DNA of 64,000 bases. Source: an uncultured Acidobacteriota bacterium (lineage in GTDB: Bacteria > Acidobacteriota > Vicinamibacteria > Vicinamibacterales > UBA2999). Positions 1 to 7,976 of this stretch are shown one piece after another. The stretch lies in the NCBI GenBank assembly GCA_963723495.1, contig CAVRQR010000008.1, positions 74,867-138,866 of the forward strand, read 5' to 3'. A program made the position numbers and the translations under genes. A model generated the notes under the pieces. The model was given only the letters and a program-made list of their open reading frames with translations. It ran no database searches and was not told the origin of the DNA. Positions within the stretch are counted from its first letter, which is position 1, and each line of letters opens with the position of its first letter.

Positions 1-272
1 GACTCAGCCTTGCGCAAACTCATCGTCCGCACGCGGTCATCCTCGATTTGCGGATGCCGCTGACGAGTGGCGTCCAGGTGCTGCGAGCGTTGCGCGCGAT
101 TCCGGGAATGCAGCACACGCCCGTGACGATCGTGACGGGCGACTACTATCTCGCCCAGTCGCAGATCGCTGAAATCCAGTCGATGGGCGCCGACGTGCGC
201 TTCAAGCCACTATGGCTGGACGAACTGATCACGCTCGCCCGTGACATGCTCCATACTCCGGTTCGGGACTGA
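1..272 (+). CDS. response regulator receiver domain protein, 3' part (5' end lies outside the window)
   Basis: The frame is open to the window edge. The translation ...PHAVILDLRMPLTSGVQVLRALR...PVTIVTGDYY... matches the receiver-domain D-x-x-MP and T/S-loop segments. Stop at 270-272. Confidence 0.7.
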   Translation, partial: LSLAQTHRPHAVILDLRMPLTSGVQVLRALRAIPGMQHTPVTIVTGDYYLAQSQIAEIQSMGADVRFKPLWLDELITLARDMLHTPVRD

Positions 273-304
273 CAGTCCCGAGACGCGCACTGCGAAAGTA
301 ATTC

Positions 305-1339
305 GTGACCCCTTCCCGCTTTCTGAAGGCCTGCCGTCGCGAGCCTGTTGATGCCACGCCCGTCTGGTTCATGCGCCAGGCCGGTCGATACATGCAGGAG
401 TATCGTGCGCTTCGCACGCAGTACTCACTGCTCGAGATCTGCCGAACACCCGATCTGGCCACCGAGGTAACGCTGCAGCCGATTCGGCGGCTCGAGGTCG
501 ACGCCGCCATTCTCTTTTCGGACCTGCTGCTGCCTCTCGGCCCGATGGGGTTGCCGTTCGACTTCATCAAGGGGGAAGGACCACAGATCGAACGCCCGAT
601 CGACGGACCGGCCGACATCGAGCGGCTTCGCGTCTTCGAGCCACGAGAGGCACTCGGTTACGTGCTCGCGGCGATCCACCAGATCCAGCGCGAGCTCAAC
701 GGGCGTGTTCCGCTGATTGGATTCGCAGGAGCGCCATTCACGCTCGCGTCGTATGCGATCGAGGGGGGCCACTCGAACAACTTCGCCAAGACGAAGGCGC
801 TGATGTACGGCCATCCCGACGACTGGCATCGTCTCTGCGAAAAGCTGTCGCGCGTCGTCGCCGACTTCCTCGTGGCGCAGGTCGATGCGGGCGTAGATGC
901 CATTCAGATCTTCGACTCGTGGGTTGGTGCGCTTGACGCGAGCGACTATCGCGAGTTCGCACTGCCCCACACGCGCGCGATCTTCGAGGCGATCGGCGGG
1001 CGAGTTCCAACCATTCATTTCGGCACGGGCACCTCGACAATCCTCGAAGATCTGCGCGACGCGGGCGGGGATGTGATTGGCGTGGACTGGCGTATCCCGA
1101 TCGATGAGGCGTGGGACCGAATCGGCCCCGAGCATGCGGTCCAGGGAAATCTCGACCCAACGCTGTTGCTGGGTCCGGCCGCGAGGATGCTGCAGCAGAC
1201 CGACGCGATACTCACGCGGATCGGAGCGCGTCCCGGTCACATCTTCAACCTGGGGCACGGCATCCTGCCTTCCACACCGGTGGAGCACGTGCAGATGCTC
1301 GCGCACTACGTCCATACGGCGTCAAGGCGACTACGCTGA
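305..1339 (+). CDS. hemE: uroporphyrinogen decarboxylase
   Basis: 344-aa ORF with a GTG start. The N-terminal PVWFMRQAGRYMQEYR motif is diagnostic of the URO-D family. The length is full. Confidence 0.95.
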   Translation: MTPSRFLKACRREPVDATPVWFMRQAGRYMQEYRALRTQYSLLEICRTPDLATEVTLQPIRRLEVDAAILFSDLLLPLGPMGLPFDFIKGEGPQIERPIDGPADIERLRVFEPREALGYVLAAIHQIQRELNGRVPLIGFAGAPFTLASYAIEGGHSNNFAKTKALMYGHPDDWHRLCEKLSRVVADFLVAQVDAGVDAIQIFDSWVGALDASDYREFALPHTRAIFEAIGGRVPTIHFGTGTSTILEDLRDAGGDVIGVDWRIPIDEAWDRIGPEHAVQGNLDPTLLLGPAARMLQQTDAILTRIGARPGHIFNLGHGILPSTPVEHVQMLAHYVHTASRRLR

Positions 1340-1355
1340 ACGTTGCACAAACCTC

Positions 1356-2753
1356 ATGACCGACGGAGTCTCGAGCGACCAGGTTGTTGATGTCGCGATC
1401 GTCGGTGCAGGAATCGCCGGGCTGGCCGCCGCATTCGATCTCCAGTCACGCGGCGTCAGTGTCCGCGTTCTCGAAGCATCCACCCGTGTCGGAGGTGTGA
1501 TCGCGACCGATCGGTTCGACGAGTGGGTCGTCGACGCGGGGCCCGATTCCCTCCTCGTCCAGAAGCCTGCAGCAGTCGCGCTGTGTCGCGAGCTCGGAAT
1601 CGCCGATCGGCTCGTTCCGACGCTGACGCCGCGCACCGCGTATGTGCTGCGTGACGACCGGCTGCACCCGATCGCCGAAGGCTCGTTCCTGGGGTTTCCG
1701 ATTACCGCCGCCGCGCTGGCACGGTCGGGACTCTTCTCCTTCCCCGGCAAGGTTCGGATGGCGAGCGAGATCCTCATACCGCGTCGAAGCACCGACGAGG
1801 ACGAATCCATCGGCGCGTTCGTCCGTCGTCGCTTCGGCGAGGAGGCGGTCGACTACCTGGCCGAACCGCTGCTGGCCGGGATCCATGCCGGTGACGTCGA
1901 TCGACTGTCGATCCGCGCACTGTTCCCGCGTCTGGTGGATGCCGAACGTCAATCGGGAAGCGTGATCCGCGCGCTGAGAGCTCTGCACGTTCGGCCGTCG
2001 CCGCAGGGCGCATTCGTCTCGCTGCCCGGCGGCATCGGCGAACTGGTCGATACGCTGGCGCGCGCGCTGGCGCCCGGAACCATCGTCACGAGCGCGCAGC
2101 GCAACCGGCATGCAGCGCTCGGGGACGTACTCATCGATTCCACAGCAGGACGAGTCCGTGCGCGGAGCGTCGTGCTCGCCGTGCCTGCGTATGTGCTGCA
2201 GCGTCGCTGCTGCGCGCGATCGATCCGGCGTTGGCCGATCTGTGCGACGCGGTGCCCTATGCGTCCACGGCAACGGTGGCCTTCGGCTACCGGCGCGAGC
2301 AGGTTGCGCATCCGCTGCAAGGCACCGGGTTCGTGGTCCCGCGCACCGAAGGCATCGCGCTGCTCGCCGGCACGTGGGTCTCGTCCAAGTGGCCCGGCCG
2401 CGCTCCCGAGGAGCACGTGCTCATGCGCGGATTTCTCGGCGGTGGCCGCGACCCTCGCCGCCTCGAGGCGTCCGATGCGGAACTCGTGGACACGGCGCAG
2501 CGTGAGCTCGCCGAGCTCCTCGGGGATATCGGGCTCGCCAATCTTCACACGCCTCTATCGCTGGACGCGACAGAGCCCGCAGTACGAAGTGGGACACCTG
2601 CAACGCGTCGCGCAGATCGAGCGGCGCCTGACGACGTTGCCTGGACTGTTCGTGACCGGGAGCGGCTTCCGGGCGATCGGGATTCCGGACTGCATCAGCG
2701 ACGCGCGCGCCACTGCGCTTCGCGCTACCGAATACTGCGCTTCGCTTCGATAA
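1356..2753 (+). CDS. hemY: protoporphyrinogen oxidase (HemY type); central third readable only in the neighbouring frame
   Basis: ATG 1356 gives VVDVAIVGAGIAGLAAAFDL, a GxGxxG FAD fold. The C-terminus RWTRQSPQYEVGHLQRV...GSGFRAIGIPDCI is HemY-like. Residues encoded by about 2195-2525 look like HemY only in the +2 frame (ORF 2231..), which reads LADLCDAVPYASTATVAFGY...WVSSKWPGRAPEEHVLMRGFLGG. The 1077 upstream extension overlaps hemE and is rejected. Confidence 0.8.
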   Translation: MTDGVSSDQVVDVAIVGAGIAGLAAAFDLQSRGVSVRVLEASTRVGGVIATDRFDEWVVDAGPDSLLVQKPAAVALCRELGIADRLVPTLTPRTAYVLRDDRLHPIAEGSFLGFPITAAALARSGLFSFPGKVRMASEILIPRRSTDEDESIGAFVRRRFGEEAVDYLAEPLLAGIHAGDVDRLSIRALFPRLVDAERQSGSVIRALRALHVRPSPQGAFVSLPGGIGELVDTLARALAPGTIVTSAQRNRHAALGDVLIDSTAGRVRARSVVLAVPAYVLQRRCCARSIRRWPICATRCPMRPRQRWPSATGASRLRIRCKAPGSWSRAPKASRCSPARGSRPSGPAALPRSTCSCADFSAVAATLAASRRPMRNSWTRRSVSSPSSSGISGSPIFTRLYRWTRQSPQYEVGHLQRVAQIERRLTTLPGLFVTGSGFRAIGIPDCISDARATALRATEYCASLR

Positions 2754-2773
2754 CGGCTTTAAACTCCCAAGAC

Positions 2774-2823
2774 CCAACTTCCAACTCCCAACTACGGTCA
2801 GGACCTTGGGAGTTGGGAGTTGG
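2774..2823. repeat. intergenic hairpin, word family CCAACTCCCAA/TTGGGAGTTGG; possible terminator after hemY
   Basis: Left arm 2774-2791 (ccaacttccaactcccaa) pairs with 2806-2823 (ttgggagttgggagttgg). That is 18 bp with one G-U and a 14-nt loop. There is no T-run. Confidence 0.75.
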
Positions 2824-2858
2824 CACGTGGACGTTGACACTCGGGGATTGGCAATATC

Positions 2859-3767
2859 GTGAAACCCGTTCACATCATCGGCGTCCCTCTCGACCTTGGC
2901 GCCGGGCGTCGCGGCGTGGACATGGGTCCGTCTGCATTCCGCATCGCCGGTCTCAACACGCGCCTGAGCGAACTGGGGCGGATCGTCGTTGATCACGGCG
3001 ATGTGCCGGCGCCCATTCCCGAGACTCGTCACAAGGCGGACGAGCACAAGAAGTACATCCACGAAATCGCGCGCGTGTGCGCGACCGTGTATCACACCGT
3101 GAGCGAATCGCTCGACGCGGGCGCTCTACCCGTCGTGCTCGGTGGCGATCACAGCCTCGCGGCCGGTTCAGTTGCGGCGAGCGCGGATTGGGTCGCGCGC
3201 GCCTCATCGAAGCGAATGGGTCTCATCTGGGTGGACGCGCATGGCGATATGAACACGCCAGAGACGACCACGAGCGGGAACGTGCACGGCATGCCGCTCG
3301 CGGCGCTGCTCGGGCAGGAGCCTGCAGAGCTCGCGTCGATCGGGTCGTCGCCCTCCGTGCTTCCCGAGCACACCGTCCTCGTCGGCATCCGGAATCTGGA
3401 CGAACGCGAGAAGGAACGCATCCGCGCTTCAAGCGTCCACGTCTTCACGATGAAAGATATCGACCGGCACGGAATCGCGGTCGTCGCCGAGCGTGCCATC
3501 GCGCTCGCGTCGGCCGGCACCGGCGGCATCCATGTCTCATTCGACCTGGATGCCTGCGACCCGACATTCGCTCCCGGTGTCGGCACACCGGTGCGCGGAG
3601 GGCTGGACTATCGCGAGGCGCACATGGTCATGGAGATCGTGTCCGACTCGCAGCAACTGATCGCACTCGATCTGGTGGAAGTCAATCCAACGCTCGATCT
3701 GCGCAACACAACCGCTGAATTCGGTGTGGAGCTCGCGCTGTCTGCCCTTGGAAAGAGGATTATCTAG
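2859..3767 (+). CDS. rocF: arginase
   Basis: Contains GGDHSLAAG, VDAHGDMNTPETTTSGNVHGMPLA, SFDLDACDP and DLVEVNP, the ureohydrolase Mn-binding motifs. The SGNxHGMP segment is arginase-specific. GTG start. Confidence 0.9.
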   Translation: MKPVHIIGVPLDLGAGRRGVDMGPSAFRIAGLNTRLSELGRIVVDHGDVPAPIPETRHKADEHKKYIHEIARVCATVYHTVSESLDAGALPVVLGGDHSLAAGSVAASADWVARASSKRMGLIWVDAHGDMNTPETTTSGNVHGMPLAALLGQEPAELASIGSSPSVLPEHTVLVGIRNLDEREKERIRASSVHVFTMKDIDRHGIAVVAERAIALASAGTGGIHVSFDLDACDPTFAPGVGTPVRGGLDYREAHMVMEIVSDSQQLIALDLVEVNPTLDLRNTTAEFGVELALSALGKRII

Positions 3768-5647
3768 GCGCCTAACAACTTCTCCATCTCGTCCATGACT
3801 TCGTTCATCCGCTTGATCGTCAGGTCGAGCGGTTCGTCGGTCGTCATGTCCACCCCCGCGTCCTTCAAGAGATCGATCGGATACTTCGATCCACCCGCCG
3901 CAAGGAACGTCAGGTAGCGCGCCGTGGCGGTTTTGTCGCCGGCCAGCACCTTCGCCGACAGCGCCTCGGCGGCGGTGAAGGAGGTCGCATACTGGAACAC
4001 GTAGAAGTCTCGATAGAAATGCGGAATGAAACTCCACTCGTGCGCGATGTAGTCGTCAACGATCGCGACCTTCTGGTCGTGACCGTAGTACTTGCGCGTG
4101 ATGTCGAGATAAAGCTTTGCCAGCGCGTCTCCCGTAATCGGCTCGCCGCGCTGCCCCATCTCGTGCATGCGCAGCTCGAACTCGGCAAACTGCGTCTGCC
4201 GAAATACCGTGGCCTTGATCCCTTCCAGGTAGTTCCCGAGCAACGAGAGGCGAGTCGGCGTGTCCTTGATCCGTTTCAGCATGTAGTCGATGAGGAGCGC
4301 CTCGTTGAACGTCGATGCCACTTCCGCCACGAACGTGGGATAGCCCGCCGTCGCGTACGGCTGCGTCTTGTTCGAGAAATAACTCTGCATCGTGTGCCCG
4401 AGTTCATGGGCCAGCGTGCTGACGTCGTTGTACTGCCCGAGATAGTTGAGCAGCATGTAAGGGTGAATATCGTAGGCGCCGCCGTTCGAGTAGGCGCCCG
4501 ATACCTTGCCCTCTGTGGGATACCAGTCGATCCAGCGATCCTTGAAGCCGCGGCGCAGCACGTCTGTATAGTCCTTGCCGAGCGGCGCCATCGCGTCGAT
4601 GACGTGCTCCTGTGCTTCCTTTGGCGTGTACCGCAGATCGACCGATGCCACGAGCGGGGCATACAGATCGTAGTAATGCAGGTCGTCGGTCAGCCCCATC
4701 ATGCGCTTGCGGAGCTGCAGATAGCGATGGAACGTCGGCAGGTGTCGATTCACACCCTCGACAAGACGCACGTACACCGACACGGGAATGTTGGGGCCGT
4801 TCAACGCCGCCTCGAGATTCGACGCGTAGTTGCGAGATCTCGTATAGAACAGCGACTTCTGCACGTTCGAGTTCATCGTCGTGCCGAGCGTGCGGCCGAA
4901 CGAACCGAGGGCACTGAAGAAGGCCGACATGGCCGCTTGCCTGTCAGCACGATTCGGTGACGTGCGCAGCTCGCTGTATCCGGCCTGATCGACCTTGACG
5001 GTCTTTCCGTCCGCCAGCGTGACCGTGGGATACGGGAAGTCGGCGTTCGCGAGAATCGTGTAGATGTTGTTCGGCGCGGCCGCCAACGGTGCCGCGCTCG
5101 CCAGGATCTTCTCCTCGGAATCCGACAACGTATGCGCTGCCCGACGGATGATGTCCCGCAGGTAGAACGCGTACGGAGCGAGCCGCGGCTCGGCCGCGAT
5201 GGCCTTCTCGACGGCAGCCCCTCCCATTTTCACGACCTCGGGCTCGATGTAGGACCCCTCGGCCCCGAACTTCGCAAAGAGCTGCTGCATTTCCTGCTGC
5301 ATGCCCTGCGAGGTCGACACTCGGGTGTCTTCGTCGGAGAGCATGCTCGCGTACACGTAGAGCCGCGACAGCTCTTTATCCATTCGGGACATCATTTCGA
5401 GGGCGTCGGCCAGCGTGGCGGGTGACGAGGCCAGCTTGTCCCGGAACTCCGCCAGACGCGGGATTTCGGCGGTAATCTTCTCTTTTTCCTGCCGCCAGAC
5501 TGACTGGCTCGCGTAGACGTCGGCCAGATTCCACTTGTACTCGTCGGCCACTTTCGCGCGATCACGATCCTGCGCCGTTACTAATACCGTCATGCCCACC
5601 ACCGCTCCTGCGACGACTCCTGTTACCCGTTTCACAGTGTTCTCCAT
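3764..5647 (-). CDS. pepF: M3 family oligoendopeptidase F, with signal peptide
   Basis: 627 aa. Carries the HELGHTMQSYF HExxH motif in an M3B context and has a hydrophobic N-terminus. Confidence 0.85.
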   Translation of the reverse strand: MENTVKRVTGVVAGAVVGMTVLVTAQDRDRAKVADEYKWNLADVYASQSVWRQEKEKITAEIPRLAEFRDKLASSPATLADALEMMSRMDKELSRLYVYASMLSDEDTRVSTSQGMQQEMQQLFAKFGAEGSYIEPEVVKMGGAAVEKAIAAEPRLAPYAFYLRDIIRRAAHTLSDSEEKILASAAPLAAAPNNIYTILANADFPYPTVTLADGKTVKVDQAGYSELRTSPNRADRQAAMSAFFSALGSFGRTLGTTMNSNVQKSLFYTRSRNYASNLEAALNGPNIPVSVYVRLVEGVNRHLPTFHRYLQLRKRMMGLTDDLHYYDLYAPLVASVDLRYTPKEAQEHVIDAMAPLGKDYTDVLRRGFKDRWIDWYPTEGKVSGAYSNGGAYDIHPYMLLNYLGQYNDVSTLAHELGHTMQSYFSNKTQPYATAGYPTFVAEVASTFNEALLIDYMLKRIKDTPTRLSLLGNYLEGIKATVFRQTQFAEFELRMHEMGQRGEPITGDALAKLYLDITRKYYGHDQKVAIVDDYIAHEWSFIPHFYRDFYVFQYATSFTAAEALSAKVLAGDKTATARYLTFLAAGGSKYPIDLLKDAGVDMTTDEPLDLTIKRMNEVMDEMEKLLGA

Positions 5648-5655
5648 ACTCGCGG

Positions 5656-5717
5656 CACCCGAACCCTGAACGCGGAACCCGAACTTGGAACCCGGAACTT
5701 GGAGCCCTGAACCGGGA
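5656..5717. repeat. T-poor tandem word array (GGAACCCGAACTT-like units) in the divergent spacer
   Basis: The sequence cacccgaaccctgaacgcggaacccgaacttggaacccggaacttggagccctgaaccggga holds about 4 degenerate 13-14-nt units. It is not self-complementary. Confidence 0.7.
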
Positions 5718-5746
5718 GCTACGAGCTAGTCTATATCCAGCCCAAC

Positions 5747-6772
5747 ATGCCCAAACGCGCCGTGCACGAGACTTGGCCTGAGCTCGACGATGACGCTCTG
5801 CTCGAATTACGTATGGCTGACCTGCCCCTGACGATTGAAGGCACGTTGGCCCAGCGCATCGATCAGCTCCGCGATGAGCTTCGCGAACGAGCCCTCAGCG
5901 TTCCGCTGCATTTTTACCTCTCTGATGAGTGGTTCACACCTGACGGCGCCACGACCATTGCGATTCCGTTCTATCTCGCGCATCCGCGCCTCGAGAAGCT
6001 CGAGGAAGCTCAGATGCTCGAAGTCGAGGGGGGCGAACACGAGTGGTGCATGCGGATCCTGCGCCACGAGGCCGGCCACGCGATCGACAACGCGTATCGG
6101 CTGCGGCGAAGAGCCAAGCGACGCGAAGTCTTCGGTTCACCGTCCGAGCCCTACCCCGAGTTCTATACGCCCAAGCCATACAGCAAGAGCTTCGTCCTGC
6201 ACCTGGACTCGTGGTACGCGCAAAGCCACCCCGACGAAGACTTCGCTGAAACGTTCGCGGTGTGGTTGACGCCGAGCAGCGAGTGGCGCCAACGCTATGC
6301 GGGGTGGAAGGCGCTGCCCAAGCTCGAATACATGGACGCGCTGATGGGGTCGCTCCGCGGTCTGCCGGCACCCGTCGACAACCGTGAGGAAGTGGACGCG
6401 CTGCCCAACCTGCGCATCACGCTGCGTCAACACTACCGCAACAAGCGTCGCCACTACGGCGTGGACTATCCCAACTTCTACGACCGGGATCTACGGCGCC
6501 TCTTTTCCGACGCCCCCGAGTTCATGAATCACATGACAGCGGCGCAGTTCATCTCGCGGATCAGGCGGCAGGTGCGTCGCGTGGTTGCGGGTTGGACAGG
6601 GATCTACCAGTACACGATCGACCAGGTGCTCGAGGAAATGATCGGACGCTGCCGCGAGCTGAAGTTGCGGCTGGCTGTCCCTGAAGAACAGGCACGACAG
6701 GAGTTCACCGTGCTTCTCACCGTGCAGGCGATGAACTACCTGCACAGCGGCGGGCATCGGTTGTTCCTGTGA
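5747..6772 (+). CDS. putative zinc metallopeptidase-like protein (HExxH), partner of the ATP-grasp gene
   Basis: 341 aa with an ILRHEAGHAIDNAY HExxH motif. The next gene follows after 19 nt on the same strand. Confidence 0.7.
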   Translation: MPKRAVHETWPELDDDALLELRMADLPLTIEGTLAQRIDQLRDELRERALSVPLHFYLSDEWFTPDGATTIAIPFYLAHPRLEKLEEAQMLEVEGGEHEWCMRILRHEAGHAIDNAYRLRRRAKRREVFGSPSEPYPEFYTPKPYSKSFVLHLDSWYAQSHPDEDFAETFAVWLTPSSEWRQRYAGWKALPKLEYMDALMGSLRGLPAPVDNREEVDALPNLRITLRQHYRNKRRHYGVDYPNFYDRDLRRLFSDAPEFMNHMTAAQFISRIRRQVRRVVAGWTGIYQYTIDQVLEEMIGRCRELKLRLAVPEEQARQEFTVLLTVQAMNYLHSGGHRLFL

Positions 6773-6791
6773 AGCCATCATTGATGCGTCT

Positions 6792-7811
6792 GTGAAAAAG
6801 CTCCGCATCCTCGCGCTCGTGCACGACCACCTCGTTCCACCCGAGGACACGACCGGCATCGACATCCTCGAGGCCGAGTGGAAGATGGAGTACGACGTCA
6901 TCGAGACGCTTCGTGAGATCGGCCACGAGGTGCGCGTACTCGGCATCAACGACAACCTCGGCGGCATCCGGCCAACGGCGGGGCTCTTCAAGCCACACAT
7001 TGTCTTCAACCTCATGGAGGCATTTGCCGGCGTGACCACGTTCGATCAGAACGTCGTGAGCTACCTCGAGCTTTTGGGGTTGCCGTACACTGGATGTAAT
7101 CCGCGGGGCCTGATTCTCGCCCGTGACAAGGCGCTCTCGAAAAAGCTGCTCGCCTATCACCGGATTCGCGTTCCGGAGTTCACGGTCGTTCGTCCGGGCC
7201 GCAAGGTGGCGCTCCCCAAGCGACTGACATTCCCGCTGATCGTCAAATCCCTCTTCTTCGAGGCGTCGACGGGAATCTCTCAGGCATCGGTGGTCGAGAA
7301 TCACGAGCAGCTGGCGCGCCGTGTCACGTTCATTCACGAAAAGCTGGGAACAGCAGCGATCGTGGAGCAGTTCATCGATGGGCGAGAGCTCTATGTCGGC
7401 GTGATTGGCAACGAGCGTCTCGACGTGCTGCCGCCGTGGGAGATGTCGTTCGCGCAGATGCCGGAGAACCGCTGGAAGATTGCGACCGAGCGCGTCAAGT
7501 GGAGCACGCAGTACCAGAAGAAGCACGGCATCATGACCGATCGGGCAAAGCTCGATGCCACCACTGAGGAGCGGCTGCAGCGGATCGCCAGGCGCGCCTA
7601 CCGCGCGCTCGACCTGAGCGGATACGCGCGTATTGACCTGCGAATGGATGAGGAAGGCCGGATATATGTGCTCGAAGCGAATCCCAATCCCAACATGGCG
7701 TACGGCGAGGACTTCTCGGAATCTGCCGAAGCGCACGGCGTCGCGTACGAACGCCTCCTTGACCGGCTGATCGCGCTCGGCCTGCGCTGGAAACCGGCTC
7801 GCACGGGATGA
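6792..7811 (+). CDS. ATP-grasp family protein (D-alanine--D-alanine ligase-like)
   Basis: 339 aa. The pre-ATP-grasp N-terminus KLRILALVH...GHEVRVLGI and the C-terminal GYARIDLRMDEEGRIYVLEANPNPN segment are typical of Ddl-like ATP-grasp enzymes. GTG start. Confidence 0.8.
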   Translation: MKKLRILALVHDHLVPPEDTTGIDILEAEWKMEYDVIETLREIGHEVRVLGINDNLGGIRPTAGLFKPHIVFNLMEAFAGVTTFDQNVVSYLELLGLPYTGCNPRGLILARDKALSKKLLAYHRIRVPEFTVVRPGRKVALPKRLTFPLIVKSLFFEASTGISQASVVENHEQLARRVTFIHEKLGTAAIVEQFIDGRELYVGVIGNERLDVLPPWEMSFAQMPENRWKIATERVKWSTQYQKKHGIMTDRAKLDATTEERLQRIARRAYRALDLSGYARIDLRMDEEGRIYVLEANPNPNMAYGEDFSESAEAHGVAYERLLDRLIALGLRWKPARTG

Positions 7812-7815
7812 TGCT

Positions 7816-7877
7816 TCAGGGTTCCGCGTTCGCGTTCAACTCCGGTTCCGCGTGGTTTACGGGTGCAAGGTTCGGGG
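7816..7877. repeat. G/T-rich word array, reverse-complement vocabulary of 5656-5717, followed by a T6 run
   Basis: The sequence is tcagggttccgcgttcgcgttcaactccggttccgcgtggtttacgggtgcaaggttcgggg, then attttttc. It shares ggttccgcgttc and ggttcggg words with the complement of the 5656-5717 array. Confidence 0.6.
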
Positions 7878-7976
7878 ATTTTTTCGCAGCGACGCGGAAT
7901 ATCGCCCGACGCTGCCGTGCCAGAAACTCCAGTCATCTGCCTTTTCCGTTGATTTCCACCCGGACGGGTATTTGCA

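Noticed and set aside
2190-2530. Programmed ribosomal frameshifting as the explanation for the hemY and frdA frame changes.
   Set aside because: No slippery heptamer or stimulatory structure is present at the switch points. Two opposite shifts would be required in hemY. All localisable sites are short G runs, which is typical of indel errors.
5656-7877. The inverted word arrays around the peptidase/ATP-grasp pair as a bona fide transposon or IS.
   Set aside because: There is no transposase, integrase or target-site duplication, and the arm similarity is patchy and low-complexity. It is kept only as a low-confidence hypothesis in the findings.
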